From: Candidatus Helarchaeota archaeon
Lineage (GTDB): Archaea > Asgardarchaeota > Lokiarchaeia > Helarchaeales > RDOG01
Assembly (NCBI GenBank): GCA_019058315.1
Contig: JAHPZH010000004.1
Location: 128,001-192,000 of the forward strand
Length of the DNA: 64,000 nt
Direction: 5' to 3'
Shown here piece after piece: positions 50,693 to 61,458 of this stretch. Under the pieces are notes generated by a model, which was given only the letters and a program-made list of their open reading frames with translations, was not told where the DNA came from and did not search any database. Both the position numbers and the translations under genes were made by a program. Within the stretch, counting starts at the first letter, position 1. Each line of letters starts with the position of its first letter.

Positions 50693-51547
50693 TTAGGCAA
50701 GTGCCTTTTTAGAAAAACTTCCTTCTCCACCAGAACTTTTTATTGAGTCTAACGCAACTTGAGCGGCAGCATTTAAATTTTTTTCAGCAATTTTATAGGT
50801 TTTTGCTCTTATTTCAACACGATATTTTGGTGTTCCATCCAAGAATATATCAATTTCGGTATTGGGTTCGGTGGGAATTTCTAGAGCCTTAATAAGTGCA
50901 TTTTTTATCTTTTCAACACCATCTGAATCATAGGATCGGAGCTCTAAGATTCCAGCAACTTTCACTAAAGGAGTTTCAACTTGAGTTTTTGCTAATTTTA
51001 ATATAATTGGTAGCCAATCTTCTGAAATCTTTAAGTTATCTAAAGTAGACTCTCCTTTCGCTTTAATTTCTTCAAATCCACTAAAAACACTTGTAAATTT
51101 TTTTTCAAGAATCACTCCAAATTCATTATATGCATCTTCTATGGTTTTAGCTTCACCAGTCTTTGAATATTCTTCAGCAGCCATTTTTAATAGAATTTCA
51201 GCTTTTTGGGTACGTTTCCATGATTGAATTTTCTCTTTTTTATCTTGTTGAGAGACCCGACGAAGTGATAAATCAATATGACCTTTATGAGTATTTACTC
51301 TAAGAACTCTAGCGACTACTTTTTGCTTTTCCCGAACAAATCTCCTGATATTCCGTATCCAACTACTTGAAATTTCGCTGATATGAATTAGTCCCTCTTT
51401 TCCTGAATATTCATCTAATGATACATAAGCCCCATGTCTTTCAACGCGAGCAACGGTTCCTACAACAAGATCATTTACGCTAGGCCACTCTTTTTTCCAA
51501 AAACTAGGTTGTTTAACCACTTTTTTTCCTTTCGGCAAATAACTCAC
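50693..51547 (-). CDS. eif2a: Translation initiation factor 2 alpha subunit
   Basis: S1 domain GAYVSLDEY..EGLIHISE, IDLSLRRV, PKYR; follows rps27e. Confidence 0.96.
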   Translation of the reverse strand: MSYLPKGKKVVKQPSFWKKEWPSVNDLVVGTVARVERHGAYVSLDEYSGKEGLIHISEISSSWIRNIRRFVREKQKVVARVLRVNTHKGHIDLSLRRVSQQDKKEKIQSWKRTQKAEILLKMAAEEYSKTGEAKTIEDAYNEFGVILEKKFTSVFSGFEEIKAKGESTLDNLKISEDWLPIILKLAKTQVETPLVKVAGILELRSYDSDGVEKIKNALIKALEIPTEPNTEIDIFLDGTPKYRVEIRAKTYKIAEKNLNAAAQVALDSIKSSGGEGSFSKKALA

Positions 51548-51553
51548 AAAAAA

Positions 51554-51751
51554 TTATGTTAATACAGAAATTATCTGAGTTTTTATTTTAGCTTTACTTC
51601 CTCGGGGTTGGGTTAACACTTTATCGCATACTAGACACCGCACAATAGTGCTTGCACACCCAAAAATGATTTGTTCGGTTCCACAATCCAAACACTTTAC
51701 TCTTAAAAACCGACTTTTAGGTTGAGGAACGATTTGTTCAAATTTTTCCAT
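51554..51751 (-). CDS. rps27e: 30S ribosomal protein S27e
   Basis: PKSRFLRVKCLDC..C.VC..P.G.KA. Confidence 0.97.
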   Translation of the reverse strand: MEKFEQIVPQPKSRFLRVKCLDCGTEQIIFGCASTIVRCLVCDKVLTQPRGSKAKIKTQIISVLT

Positions 51752-51784
51752 AAAAACTTACACCAATATAAATTTTAAAATAAA

Positions 51785-52060
51785 TTAAATAAATTCCAAA
51801 CGTTTTAAGCGTACACTTCTCATGTATCTCATTCGACCGCATTCTTTACATTTGATTCTAGGAGTTAATTTTTTAGTATTTTTAGCAAAACGCTGTTGAA
51901 TCGGTTTGGGCTGGCCACCATAACCTTTTTTCTTTCTTTCATATCTTCTTGCCCCTTGCGTCATGTTACTATCTCTACTTTTCTTATACAAACTAACCGA
52001 ATGCACTGTATATTTATTACAACGGGGACAGTATTTATTTAATTCTTTTTTCATCTTCAT
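51785..52060 (-). CDS. rpl44e: 50S ribosomal protein L44e (eL42)
   Basis: YCPRC..H, GYGGQ, CKECG. Confidence 0.97.
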   Translation of the reverse strand: MKMKKELNKYCPRCNKYTVHSVSLYKKSRDSNMTQGARRYERKKKGYGGQPKPIQQRFAKNTKKLTPRIKCKECGRMRYMRSVRLKRLEFI

Positions 52061-52162
52061 TATTAATTACCGATCTTTAAAATGAAAGTTGAAAATATTT
52101 CTTATACATTTAAACTTCTTTTTACTTTTTAAAAATTGGCTTTTATAATATTCTTTGGAATT

Positions 52163-52732
52163 TCAATTAGTCTTTTTGAGAAAATCTTTATTAATTGATA
52201 TTTCTACGGCGTATTCATGTCTTATTAAAGATTCTGCATTTTTTCTTGGAAGGATAGTTAAATCTTCCGGTTTGAATGGACCATATGTTTTTAAATCGGC
52301 ACCTACGATTGCGTTCATTTCTTTCAATATTCTAACAGGTATATATTGATGAAAAAAAACATTATAATTCTCTGATTTACTTCCTTGCGCCGATGATACA
52401 AATAGATCTAAACATTTTTTTACTGATTCTAGTGTTGTCTCATAAAGTCTACGCTCATCAGAAGTTAAAAAACTGATTTTTACTTTTTTTTCCATCTTAA
52501 TTGCTTTAAATAATTTGGTAATTCTTAATTCGAATAAATCTTTCAACATAAAATCAATATTATCTAATTCTTCTTTAATAAGTAATTTAATGACTCTATC
52601 CTCAGATTTATTTTCTAACTCTTTTCTAGCTTGCACATATCTCCTAACTTTTTCTAATATTTGGTCGTCTAATTTTTGAACTTCTTCTAAATGATTTTCG
52701 TCATGCCAAATCTTGTATAAAGATGAATACAT
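52163..52732 (-). CDS. GINS complex subunit (Gins15/51 type, A-B domain order)
   Basis: Helical N-domain with R..K and LT.DE, C-terminal IVGADLKTYGPF..D...LP..NA..L; located between priS and rpl44e. Confidence 0.88.
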   Translation of the reverse strand: MYSSLYKIWHDENHLEEVQKLDDQILEKVRRYVQARKELENKSEDRVIKLLIKEELDNIDFMLKDLFELRITKLFKAIKMEKKVKISFLTSDERRLYETTLESVKKCLDLFVSSAQGSKSENYNVFFHQYIPVRILKEMNAIVGADLKTYGPFKPEDLTILPRKNAESLIRHEYAVEISINKDFLKKTN

Positions 52733-52845
52733 AGGACGACCTTATTTGTATTTGTATATTATTATTTCCAACCTTTGTGTTTAATTATTCATTATCCCGG
52801 TATTTTTTATTTTTTGTTAGTATGATTTAATTAAAATAATTAATC

Positions 52846-54078
52846 TTAAGGTAAAGATGCGACACTCTTGCATAAAGCATAAATACCTGCAGCCAAAGAT
52901 AATTCTTCTTTTTCTCCCTCAGAATAAGGACCGTATAACGTATCTCCAAAACGAAATTCTGGACATTTTCTCATAATTAATTCAATCTCACCCTTAAATA
53001 CAATAGCGTCCTTTAAAGGATCGTAAGCTCTAAATTTTTCTATCGGTATTGGCTCTGCTTTAAGACCAGTTTTTCCATGGAGCGAATTATCGAGCCTAAT
53101 TAATCGATGAACATCTATTGAAACAGGAATGTCTAATTTTGGACTATATTTTTTAATTGCCAAATTTAATAATTCCTGCCAATGATCCAAAGAAATACCT
53201 GGTACAATATTCCAATTAGAAGGTACTTTAGTCAAATTTTCTAAAATTAGAGGTTTTTTTTCAATAATCTTTTTCTTTAAAGGAGTTGAAAGTGTTTTAA
53301 AAAGCTTCATATTTTCATAATTTAACTGTTCAATAAATTTAAATGCATAGTTAGTTATTCTTCCTCTCCAACCTTTATCATTTAAATTTGGTCCGAATAC
53401 AATTTTTTTTCTTCCCTCATATAAACCAAGGACTTTAAAATCAATTCCATTCCCAGTTAAATAATCAACTAATTCCCTACGGGCATCTTGCCCTAAATTC
53501 AAGAATTCTTCTGATTGAATTCTAATATGATATCCTCGATGTCCACTAAATTTTATTTTTATTTCATTTGGGTTTATATTTAAATCTGGAATTAGGAATT
53601 CTTCAAAAATTTTTAAAGTTTCATTTTTAGCTAATTCTAAACATGTATCACATACCCAAGTATTTTGATTAAATGTCGTATTTCCACATTTACAAGTTTT
53701 AGGTGGAGGACCCTTTCCAGAAAAGCCACATTTTTTGCAATTAAAAGAATCATGTTCCCATTTGCATTTTGAAGGCAAATGATCTGCATCAATATCTGCT
53801 ATGAAATCACAACCAACCCAATATTTCTGGTTCATTTTTAAAGCTTCAGGGATCTCATAATATGCAGCAGAAAAATATACATGCTTTGGACCATTATTCA
53901 ATAATTTTTGAGTTAATTCTTTAAAATCTTTAAAACTTTTATGTCTTTGAAAAGTAGGATTATCCCAAAATAGAAAACCAAACTCACGTTGGTCTATTTT
54001 CAAGTTTAAATCTAATTTTTTAAATTGATTTTTATAATATTCTTGAAACATACGTTTAAGGAATTTTTCTTTTTCCAT
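52846..54078 (-). CDS. priS: DNA primase small (catalytic) subunit
   Basis: REFGF, DIDADHL, FSGHRGYH, D..RLIRL..SLHGKTG; internal Cys-rich Zn insertion. Confidence 0.96.
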   Translation of the reverse strand: MEKEKFLKRMFQEYYKNQFKKLDLNLKIDQREFGFLFWDNPTFQRHKSFKDFKELTQKLLNNGPKHVYFSAAYYEIPEALKMNQKYWVGCDFIADIDADHLPSKCKWEHDSFNCKKCGFSGKGPPPKTCKCGNTTFNQNTWVCDTCLELAKNETLKIFEEFLIPDLNINPNEIKIKFSGHRGYHIRIQSEEFLNLGQDARRELVDYLTGNGIDFKVLGLYEGRKKIVFGPNLNDKGWRGRITNYAFKFIEQLNYENMKLFKTLSTPLKKKIIEKKPLILENLTKVPSNWNIVPGISLDHWQELLNLAIKKYSPKLDIPVSIDVHRLIRLDNSLHGKTGLKAEPIPIEKFRAYDPLKDAIVFKGEIELIMRKCPEFRFGDTLYGPYSEGEKEELSLAAGIYALCKSVASLP

Positions 54079-54123
54079 TACTCATCCTCAAAGTTGTTTA
54101 TTCTATTAAAAAATAAATTAACT

Positions 54124-55233
54124 TCAATAGAAGTGTCTTTCATGTTTTTTCTTTGAAATAATTAACAAAGGAAAAGCTAAAATTCTGGGAATAATTACAT
54201 TTTGTATTTTCCAATTTTTTCTTTGAAAATATTCCATTGGGTGTTTTATTTTTTTTGTATGGCACCAAAAATCTTCTTCTTCCTTACATAATCCATAAGT
54301 CTTTATTTTTGGACAACCATAGGAAGAATATTTTGTTCCGCTTCCCCGTTCTCCAGCTGCGTGTTCAACATAATAAGTAGTTCTCCCCTCATTAAAATCC
54401 GGTTGAGTTCTGAATAAATCAACAATTTCTTCAATAGGTTTTTCTGTATTAAGGAGAAAAAATATAAAAACTAACCTTGAGGTATGATCTAAATTTACAC
54501 CTTTTTTTAATTCTGTTAAAATACCTGTTATACAAGGCGGATAAGTTTCTTTACTAGTTATTAATTTTCCTTTTAACCCCGATTGGATTTTTGATTCATA
54601 TTTTTGTGCAAATTGTTTTAAATTTTCTACTTTATCTTCTAAAAAAGTGGGAATTTTCGGGAGTTCTTTTTTCTTAATAGGCCTCTTAATAATATCTTGC
54701 TTAACTTTTTCTGAAATAAGCCTTACAATTTCTTGTTTCTTTAAATAGACCCAACCTGATTCAATCCTTCGATTTATTAATTTCCAAATAGAATCCCTAA
54801 GATTTGGTGCCACTGAGAGATAATTGTTAAATTTAATTCTACAGTCATATTGAATATTTAAATCTAAATCATCAACAGATAATTTCCAATCAAAGGTATT
54901 TATAGCAATATTACTTATTAAATTGAAGTTTTCCTTGGATAATAATTTTGAAGTCCTTTTAGATACGACATCTGCGAATTTATAGCGTAAAAAGTCGTTA
55001 TTGATAAGCTCAATTAACATTTTACTAATTGGATAGACTAAAACTTCTTCATTTTGATAGAGTTCTTTCTCGTTATATTCTCCTTTATCCAATATCATCT
55101 CGATATTTTCAACTGCTGTATTTAAAACATCCGGGTGTTGTTCTGATAAAGAAAATATATCTATTTCAAGGTTTTTGAGATTTTCAATTGCTTCCTTTGT
55201 AAAAGGATACTTTTTGAAGTATGAAATAGACAT
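54124..55233 (-). CDS. priL: DNA primase large subunit
   Basis: YPF N-terminus, WKLINR..GWVY, YPPC, PDFNE..T.Y..H, C-terminal Fe-S Cys cluster. Confidence 0.95.
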   Translation of the reverse strand: MSISYFKKYPFTKEAIENLKNLEIDIFSLSEQHPDVLNTAVENIEMILDKGEYNEKELYQNEEVLVYPISKMLIELINNDFLRYKFADVVSKRTSKLLSKENFNLISNIAINTFDWKLSVDDLDLNIQYDCRIKFNNYLSVAPNLRDSIWKLINRRIESGWVYLKKQEIVRLISEKVKQDIIKRPIKKKELPKIPTFLEDKVENLKQFAQKYESKIQSGLKGKLITSKETYPPCITGILTELKKGVNLDHTSRLVFIFFLLNTEKPIEEIVDLFRTQPDFNEGRTTYYVEHAAGERGSGTKYSSYGCPKIKTYGLCKEEEDFWCHTKKIKHPMEYFQRKNWKIQNVIIPRILAFPLLIISKKKHERHFY

Positions 55234-55319
55234 TTTCTCTCAATAAATTCATTTAAAATTTACAAATTTAAAGAACTATAGTGTCAATGACAATTGAAAA
55301 CTAAATGAAAAAAAAGGAT

Positions 55320-56138
55320 TTACATATCTTCTTCTGTGATTTCTTCTTCGATTTCTTCTTCAAATTCTTCTTCTTCCTCTTCCACCCTTGGAGCTAGAAA
55401 ATATTTTATAAAACCGTTTGCCTCTCCTATTTTTTTAAGTTTAAATAGCATTTGCATTGGCATTTCAGAGGAATATTCTAAAATAAGATTATCAGTAACG
55501 CTACCCACTTTTATTATACTTGTTAGATAGGATAAAGGATAGAGCGAACTAGAGCTTTCTTTTACTTCTAAAGTTAATGCTTCCCTTTCTCCAGGAATAT
55601 CTACTTCTACTTCTCCATTATCTCCTTTTGCAAAAATTGTAAATTTCTTTGTATCTGTGTCTAATTTTACATGATCACTAAATAATTCAGCGTCTTTTAT
55701 CGCTTCAGATAATAAATTTGGGTCATCTAAAATAATCTTCGCATTAAATTGCATTTTTGGAGATGGATATTCTTCTTCTTCTATATCTATTAAATTAAGA
55801 GAGAACGTTCTGGTAGATTTCCCTTTGAATTTCAGTTGTAATTTATTTCCTTTCTCAGTTAATTTCAAAGTTAATTCATCAGAACTTCCTACACGTTTCA
55901 ATAATTTATTTAGATTTGATATATTAACTCCAATTTTAACTTTACTATCACATTCATATTTGTCAAATACATCTTTTGGAAGAAAAAAATCAACCATTGA
56001 AACATGTGAAGGGTCCATAGCAATGATACCGAACCCATCTGGTTTCGCCATAAAATTTGCGGCTTCATCTATAATAGAAGTGAGCACATCTATTATACTT
56101 TTCAGAATCCCAACTTCTTTTAATATACATTCAAACAT
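55320..56138 (-). CDS. pcn: PCNA sliding clamp
   Basis: AMDPSHVSMV, YFLAPRVE, acidic tail. Confidence 0.97.
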   Translation of the reverse strand: MFECILKEVGILKSIIDVLTSIIDEAANFMAKPDGFGIIAMDPSHVSMVDFFLPKDVFDKYECDSKVKIGVNISNLNKLLKRVGSSDELTLKLTEKGNKLQLKFKGKSTRTFSLNLIDIEEEEYPSPKMQFNAKIILDDPNLLSEAIKDAELFSDHVKLDTDTKKFTIFAKGDNGEVEVDIPGEREALTLEVKESSSSLYPLSYLTSIIKVGSVTDNLILEYSSEMPMQMLFKLKKIGEANGFIKYFLAPRVEEEEEEFEEEIEEEITEEDM

Positions 56139-56249
56139 TTCTATCGCCTTATTTTATATAATTTCTATTAATTATGTGATTTAATTAATATTTTTTATCA
56201 TAAAACTACTAATCAATCAAAGAATTGTTTCATAATATAGCTATTCTTT

Positions 56250-56570
56250 TTAATTTGTAGATGATTTTCTTTTAATTTCAAGGACTTTTTGGTATAAATC
56301 TATGTTTAACTTATCCATGGGTTGTACGATCTCTGCATCAATTAAGAATTTATTATCAGCTTGTTTAGATACTTGACCAATAATTCTATACCTTTTTCTT
56401 TCTTCTAAAGGATATTCTATTTTAACAGTAATCACACCTGTCCCATCGTCGATTTTAGCAAATTCTGGAGTAGAACTGATGTTAACACCTAGAATTCGAA
56501 CCTTTTTATCATTTTCATTTATTTCATTTATTTTTTTTTCTATTGCTACTTGACGTCTTGGAGATTGCAT
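56250..56570 (-). CDS. Single OB-fold protein, RPA small-subunit (RPA14/RPA3)-like
   Basis: R..A.EKKI.EI..KVRILG, IDDGTG, RIIG, C-terminal helix LNIDLYQKV. Confidence 0.75.
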   Translation of the reverse strand: MQSPRRQVAIEKKINEINENDKKVRILGVNISSTPEFAKIDDGTGVITVKIEYPLEERKRYRIIGQVSKQADNKFLIDAEIVQPMDKLNIDLYQKVLEIKRKSSTN

Positions 56571-56728
56571 TTGAAATCACTATTATTTATCAAAAAGCTT
56601 TTTATTACTTTTTTTAAGAGAAGCTTTCATAAATTAGATAAACATTTTAATATTTAAAACACCATAAAATTAAAATTAAATTAAAAAACGCTGCATTTTA
56701 CCTTAATATTCATAAGTTAAAATAAGAT

Positions 56729-59410
56729 TTGATTTTAATGGAATCCGAAAATGATAATTTTCAATATGGGAATGGACATTTTGGAAAATGGTTTATAGAT
56801 TCATTTGAACTTCCTGCTTATGAATATTCTTGTATGCAATCCATCGATTATGCTGCTAAAACCAATACATCAGGAAAAGATTCAATTGATCATTGGCATC
56901 AAGTTGGAAATGATAGAATTACACTTACTGCACATAATGGGGGTTATATGCAGTATTTAAAATCTGATAGAGGATTACAATGGTTATCTTATCATGATTT
57001 ACAAAAAGATTGTCTTGGAGGAGGTATATGTATAATAGAGAAAGACGATAAGTATTATTCTGATTTATATAATTCTAACATTAAACCCCCTGAGACATAT
57101 CAAAGGATCTTTGGTTCTGGTTATTTTCAAAAGATTCGAAAATTTGATGATTTTGAGATTAATCATTTAATTTATCCTCCATTTGGAGATGATCCGGTTG
57201 TTTTATCTGAGATTTTTATAACTAATCATTCCAAAAAATCCTTAAAACTTAATATTTATGAATTTTGGGGAATTAAAATTCGAAATTTAATTGCATCTCT
57301 ATTTTCCATGCTTTATATGCCAAAAGATCGTGTAAAATTTGGAGTTTCTAAACTTGTCTCCTTTGTATTGAGAATAATTAAGAATCTTTTACTATTCTTC
57401 CATTTAAGCTCTGAACAGACAAGGGATAAATTTAGTAGCCAATTCACATTTAAGTCTCATTATATAAGCTCGGAAAAATGCCTTATTTTAACCCCAAAAT
57501 ATAAATCCAAAATTCCAATCAGAAAGGACAAGAGATCTGATAAAGATTATTATCCTAACCCAATTTTTCTAAAATCCTTTCAAAATGGATTAAAAACTAA
57601 ATATTTTAATGATTTTCAGATTCAAAGAGCAAATAAATCTCAAATCAAAATAAGAAAAGAATATATTGAAACAACTGATTTTTCTCCTTGTTTAATGATA
57701 GGACATGAGCTAATACTAGAACCAAATGAATCAAAAAGTTTGAAATTTATTTTTGGAACTGTAGAACGTGAGAAAATCCCCGAACTAATAAAAAAATATG
57801 AAAATTTATTAAAAAATGATTTTAAAGATAAGAATTTCAAATTATGGAAACAATTTTTGATGAATTTTAAGATTAATTCTAAAATATGGTTAAACAGAGA
57901 AACAATGTGGCATTCTTATTATTTAAGAAGTGCTAGCTTATTTGATAATTATTATAATAATCATTATTTACCACAAGGTAACGCTTATTCATTTTTACAT
58001 GGGGTAAATGGTGCAGTACGGGATTATGTTTTGTTTTTATTGTCGATGATCTACTTAAATCCCAACCTAGCAAGAGAAATGCTTGAATTCATATTAAGAA
58101 CAATGTCTCCTGATGGGAAACTCCCATATGCTACATATGGAATCGGAAGACATATGGGTGCATTTGTTCATGAAACATCCTCTGATCTACATCTTTTTTT
58201 ACTATGGGGTATTGTAGAATATCTCTATGCTACTCGAGATTTTACATTTTTAAAAAAAATAATCCCCTTTTATCCCCTTAAATCAAAAAAAAGTTCTAAT
58301 GTACTTGAAAGAATTAGAATTAGTGTAAAATTTATATTTAAAAAAGTAGGCATTGGTGAACATGGTCTTATTAAGGTAGGATCTGGTGATTGGTCTGATG
58401 GTATCTCATTATTTGCAAAAAATAGAAAAAAATTTCTAAAATACGGTGAATCTTCTTTCAACTCTGCATTTGCTCTTTATCTTATTCCCCACTTAACCGA
58501 TTTATTAGAGGATCAAAGCCCTAAAATTACAAAATTCTTAAAAAAAATATATAATAATTTAAAAAAGGCAATATTAAATACATGGAATGGAAGATGGTTT
58601 TTCCGTGGTTATGATGGAATGGGGAATCCAATTGGTGATAAAAATCTTTTTTTAGAACACCATGTTTGGCTACTTTTAACAGATATCTTATCAAAAAATC
58701 AGAAAGAAATTTTAATAAATAATATAAATAAATTACTCGATTCAAAGTCAAAAACTGGTCAGTATATTCTTTATCCACCAGCAAATGTTATGTTAAATGT
58801 TTTACCTCGAGGTTGGGATGTAAACGGAGGAATTTGGCCTGCTATGAATTTCTTATTAACATGGGCTTATTCTCGATACGATTCAGATAAGGGTTTTCAA
58901 TCTCTACTAAAAAATTCTATGGCTAAAAGAGCGGAAGTATATCCCAATATATGGTATGGAATCTGGAGTGGCTCAGATTCCTATAATGCAGAATATGCAT
59001 TAAATCCTGGTCAAACATTTATTCATCCAGCCACTCCCCAAACCGATTTTCCCATAATGAATTTGAATCTACATGCTAATTTTCTTAATTCTATTATTAA
59101 ACTGGTAGGTTTTAATCCGACTTTTAAACAAATTATTATTGATCCAAAACTTTCTTTGGATTCATTTCATTTAAAAACTCAAATTTTTGAGTTAACTTGT
59201 AATAATAATGAGATTTCAGGATTTTATAACCCTCTAAATGAGGATGAATGTATATTAAAAATTCGAAAACCATCTAATTGGAATGGAAATATTACAGTTT
59301 TGATAAATCAGCGAGCAACAGAAAATTTTAAGTTTGAGGGCGATTGGATTTTAATAAAAGATAAAATTCCCTATACAGGTATTAAATTCTCTTTAAAATT
59401 AAACATATAG
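56729..59410 (+). CDS. GH94-like glycoside phosphorylase/hydrolase
   Basis: N-terminal beta-rich domain, RD, GEHGL..GSGDWSDG (cf. DWND), GES, WNGRWF.R.Y, NGGIW; substrate unknown. Confidence 0.75.
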   Translation: MILMESENDNFQYGNGHFGKWFIDSFELPAYEYSCMQSIDYAAKTNTSGKDSIDHWHQVGNDRITLTAHNGGYMQYLKSDRGLQWLSYHDLQKDCLGGGICIIEKDDKYYSDLYNSNIKPPETYQRIFGSGYFQKIRKFDDFEINHLIYPPFGDDPVVLSEIFITNHSKKSLKLNIYEFWGIKIRNLIASLFSMLYMPKDRVKFGVSKLVSFVLRIIKNLLLFFHLSSEQTRDKFSSQFTFKSHYISSEKCLILTPKYKSKIPIRKDKRSDKDYYPNPIFLKSFQNGLKTKYFNDFQIQRANKSQIKIRKEYIETTDFSPCLMIGHELILEPNESKSLKFIFGTVEREKIPELIKKYENLLKNDFKDKNFKLWKQFLMNFKINSKIWLNRETMWHSYYLRSASLFDNYYNNHYLPQGNAYSFLHGVNGAVRDYVLFLLSMIYLNPNLAREMLEFILRTMSPDGKLPYATYGIGRHMGAFVHETSSDLHLFLLWGIVEYLYATRDFTFLKKIIPFYPLKSKKSSNVLERIRISVKFIFKKVGIGEHGLIKVGSGDWSDGISLFAKNRKKFLKYGESSFNSAFALYLIPHLTDLLEDQSPKITKFLKKIYNNLKKAILNTWNGRWFFRGYDGMGNPIGDKNLFLEHHVWLLLTDILSKNQKEILINNINKLLDSKSKTGQYILYPPANVMLNVLPRGWDVNGGIWPAMNFLLTWAYSRYDSDKGFQSLLKNSMAKRAEVYPNIWYGIWSGSDSYNAEYALNPGQTFIHPATPQTDFPIMNLNLHANFLNSIIKLVGFNPTFKQIIIDPKLSLDSFHLKTQIFELTCNNNEISGFYNPLNEDECILKIRKPSNWNGNITVLINQRATENFKFEGDWILIKDKIPYTGIKFSLKLNI

Positions 59411-59439
59411 AAAAATAACTGTGCGAAAAACTTTTGGAA

Positions 59440-61317
59440 TTATAAATTTTCGGCAATACTCTTTCGATATTCAGGATACATTTCATTTAAGGATTTAATC
59501 ATCCTCTTTACATCATTAAAAGCATCAATCCGTTTTTTAAATTCATCTTTTTCAATAGCAAGACTAGCAAATTGTGCTTCTAATCTAATTTTACTACCAT
59601 CAATCTTCTCGATAAAGGTAATTGGATTCAATAAATATTTAGGATCTTCTAAAAATAATGTTGGAAGATCTTTTTGAGCAATAGTCATCTTTCTTGAAAG
59701 AGTAGATACTTGTCTATTAAATAATTTTAAGTCTTCTAATTCTTCAGTAATTTTTTCTAATGAATTAATAAATTTTCGAACAACATTGGCTATAGGATGG
59801 TTTTCATCTTTTATACCTGGAATTATTGGAACAAGATTTGCCCCTGAAATGGATTTTTTTGTGATTTTTGCTAATTCATTCAAAAGTTCATCTTTTTCTT
59901 TTTCCAATTCTTTTATAGTATTTAAAAAGAGCTCAAGTGAAGCGTTATATAGAGGTAATTCGCTTACTGTTGGCTCATGTGCCCAACCTTTATCTCTATA
60001 AAATTCAGTTATTAATTCTTCAGCTCTTTGTATTGTATCAGATTCTAGAGTCGAAATGCTTTCCTCTTGGGCTTTAAGCTTTAAGTATGGAAGTGAACTA
60101 TCTTTTTCAAACTCCTCAATGATTTCTTTTTTTCGTTCTATCAATTGTGTAGAATCAATAATATCAGATCTACTGAGTTCGGATATATTGATTCCTCCTT
60201 TCTCTATTACTTCTCTTTGATAATCCATGATCCATTCCCCTGGCTTAGTTTTAGTAAACATTGGAGTGATCTCATGGTTAATTTTTCTAACATACTCATC
60301 AAGGTGTTTTGCCATATCCTCTAATGTCACAGCGTATTCTTCCATTGTCGATTCATATTTTAATCGATTTGTCAGCATCGTTATTTTTGTGCCAGTACTG
60401 ATAGATCCACCAATTTTTTCAACTTCTATTCTAAGTTTTTCCATGTCTGCTTTTCCCATTATCGCTTGTAATGTAACTGATAGGAATGTAGCCAGTGCAT
60501 TGAAATTATCGAGAACATTTTGTGCAAGATTTCTAATATTTTCAGGTGTATTATCACCCATCAATTTTTTTTCATATATTATTGCCAAAGGATCGGCTCT
60601 TATAGATCCAAAATCAGTTTTTTCTGGAAAAAAATACCGATATATTTTTTCTTTTGAGTCTAGAATATTTTCATTCCCAATTTTCGCTTCTTCTAGAAGA
60701 TGTCTGATCATATCAGCGACAGTTCTGTAATCCTTTGATTTTTTTAATAATTCAGTAATTTCATCATGACCAATTTCTGTTATTGTTGTTAGAAAAGGTA
60801 GAAGTATTTCTAATTGTTTTTTGCATGCTTTAGGACTTTTTTCATCTTTAAATTGCCCAAAGAATACAGCTTCAATCGAAGGTCCAAAATCACTAGGCAA
60901 ATCCATAATAGAATCAGTACATGCATCCAAAAGCTTAAGACCGTCTTCTTTAAATAGGATACTTCGAATACCCTTCTCCGCAGCCTTAAGTCTCATGCTT
61001 TTTTCATGTTTGGCTTCAAAAAACATTTTTTGTTTTTTGTCTTTAATAAATTTCTTTATTTTTATTCTTAACATAGGTAATAAATCTGCAATTGGTTGAA
61101 ATGATCCACTCTGGGTATAATTAAGAATAACTTGCTCCATTCTTTCAATCAATTTTTCCCTAATTAACTTCTCATCCTTTGTAAAATCACTATTAAAATT
61201 ATCTATAAGACTTTTTAGGAACGATTTAATTTCTTTTATCCCTTTTTGCACATTAACAGCTTCATTACTTATATTAACTTTATCTACGAGTATCTTTATT
61301 TTTTGTAATCGTTCCAT
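59440..61317 (-). CDS. Large alpha-helical/coiled-coil hypothetical protein
   Basis: About 625 aa from ATG 61317 (ORF track extends to GTG 61371); E/K/L/I-rich, no recognisable catalytic motif or TM. Confidence 0.8.
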   Translation of the reverse strand: MERLQKIKILVDKVNISNEAVNVQKGIKEIKSFLKSLIDNFNSDFTKDEKLIREKLIERMEQVILNYTQSGSFQPIADLLPMLRIKIKKFIKDKKQKMFFEAKHEKSMRLKAAEKGIRSILFKEDGLKLLDACTDSIMDLPSDFGPSIEAVFFGQFKDEKSPKACKKQLEILLPFLTTITEIGHDEITELLKKSKDYRTVADMIRHLLEEAKIGNENILDSKEKIYRYFFPEKTDFGSIRADPLAIIYEKKLMGDNTPENIRNLAQNVLDNFNALATFLSVTLQAIMGKADMEKLRIEVEKIGGSISTGTKITMLTNRLKYESTMEEYAVTLEDMAKHLDEYVRKINHEITPMFTKTKPGEWIMDYQREVIEKGGINISELSRSDIIDSTQLIERKKEIIEEFEKDSSLPYLKLKAQEESISTLESDTIQRAEELITEFYRDKGWAHEPTVSELPLYNASLELFLNTIKELEKEKDELLNELAKITKKSISGANLVPIIPGIKDENHPIANVVRKFINSLEKITEELEDLKLFNRQVSTLSRKMTIAQKDLPTLFLEDPKYLLNPITFIEKIDGSKIRLEAQFASLAIEKDEFKKRIDAFNDVKRMIKSLNEMYPEYRKSIAENL

Positions 61318-61458
61318 ATTATTTGTTAATAATACAAATATAATATAGTTTGGGATCTCATCGTTTTTCACTTGAATAATAATAAAAAAGCAACAAATTA
61401 GTTGAAAAATTTAAAAATAGAAATTTATTGGAAATAATTTTTTTTATAAACTATTAAT

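Noticed and set aside
53640-53790. Intein or foreign insertion in PriS
   Set aside because: The Cys-rich segment is a short Zn-binding insertion without intein splice motifs
4109-61099. Numerous short ORFs antisense to or nested in long genes (e.g. 4109, 5310, 10863, 11181, 43490, 55825, 60227)
   Set aside because: Shadow frames of well-supported genes, with no independent motifs
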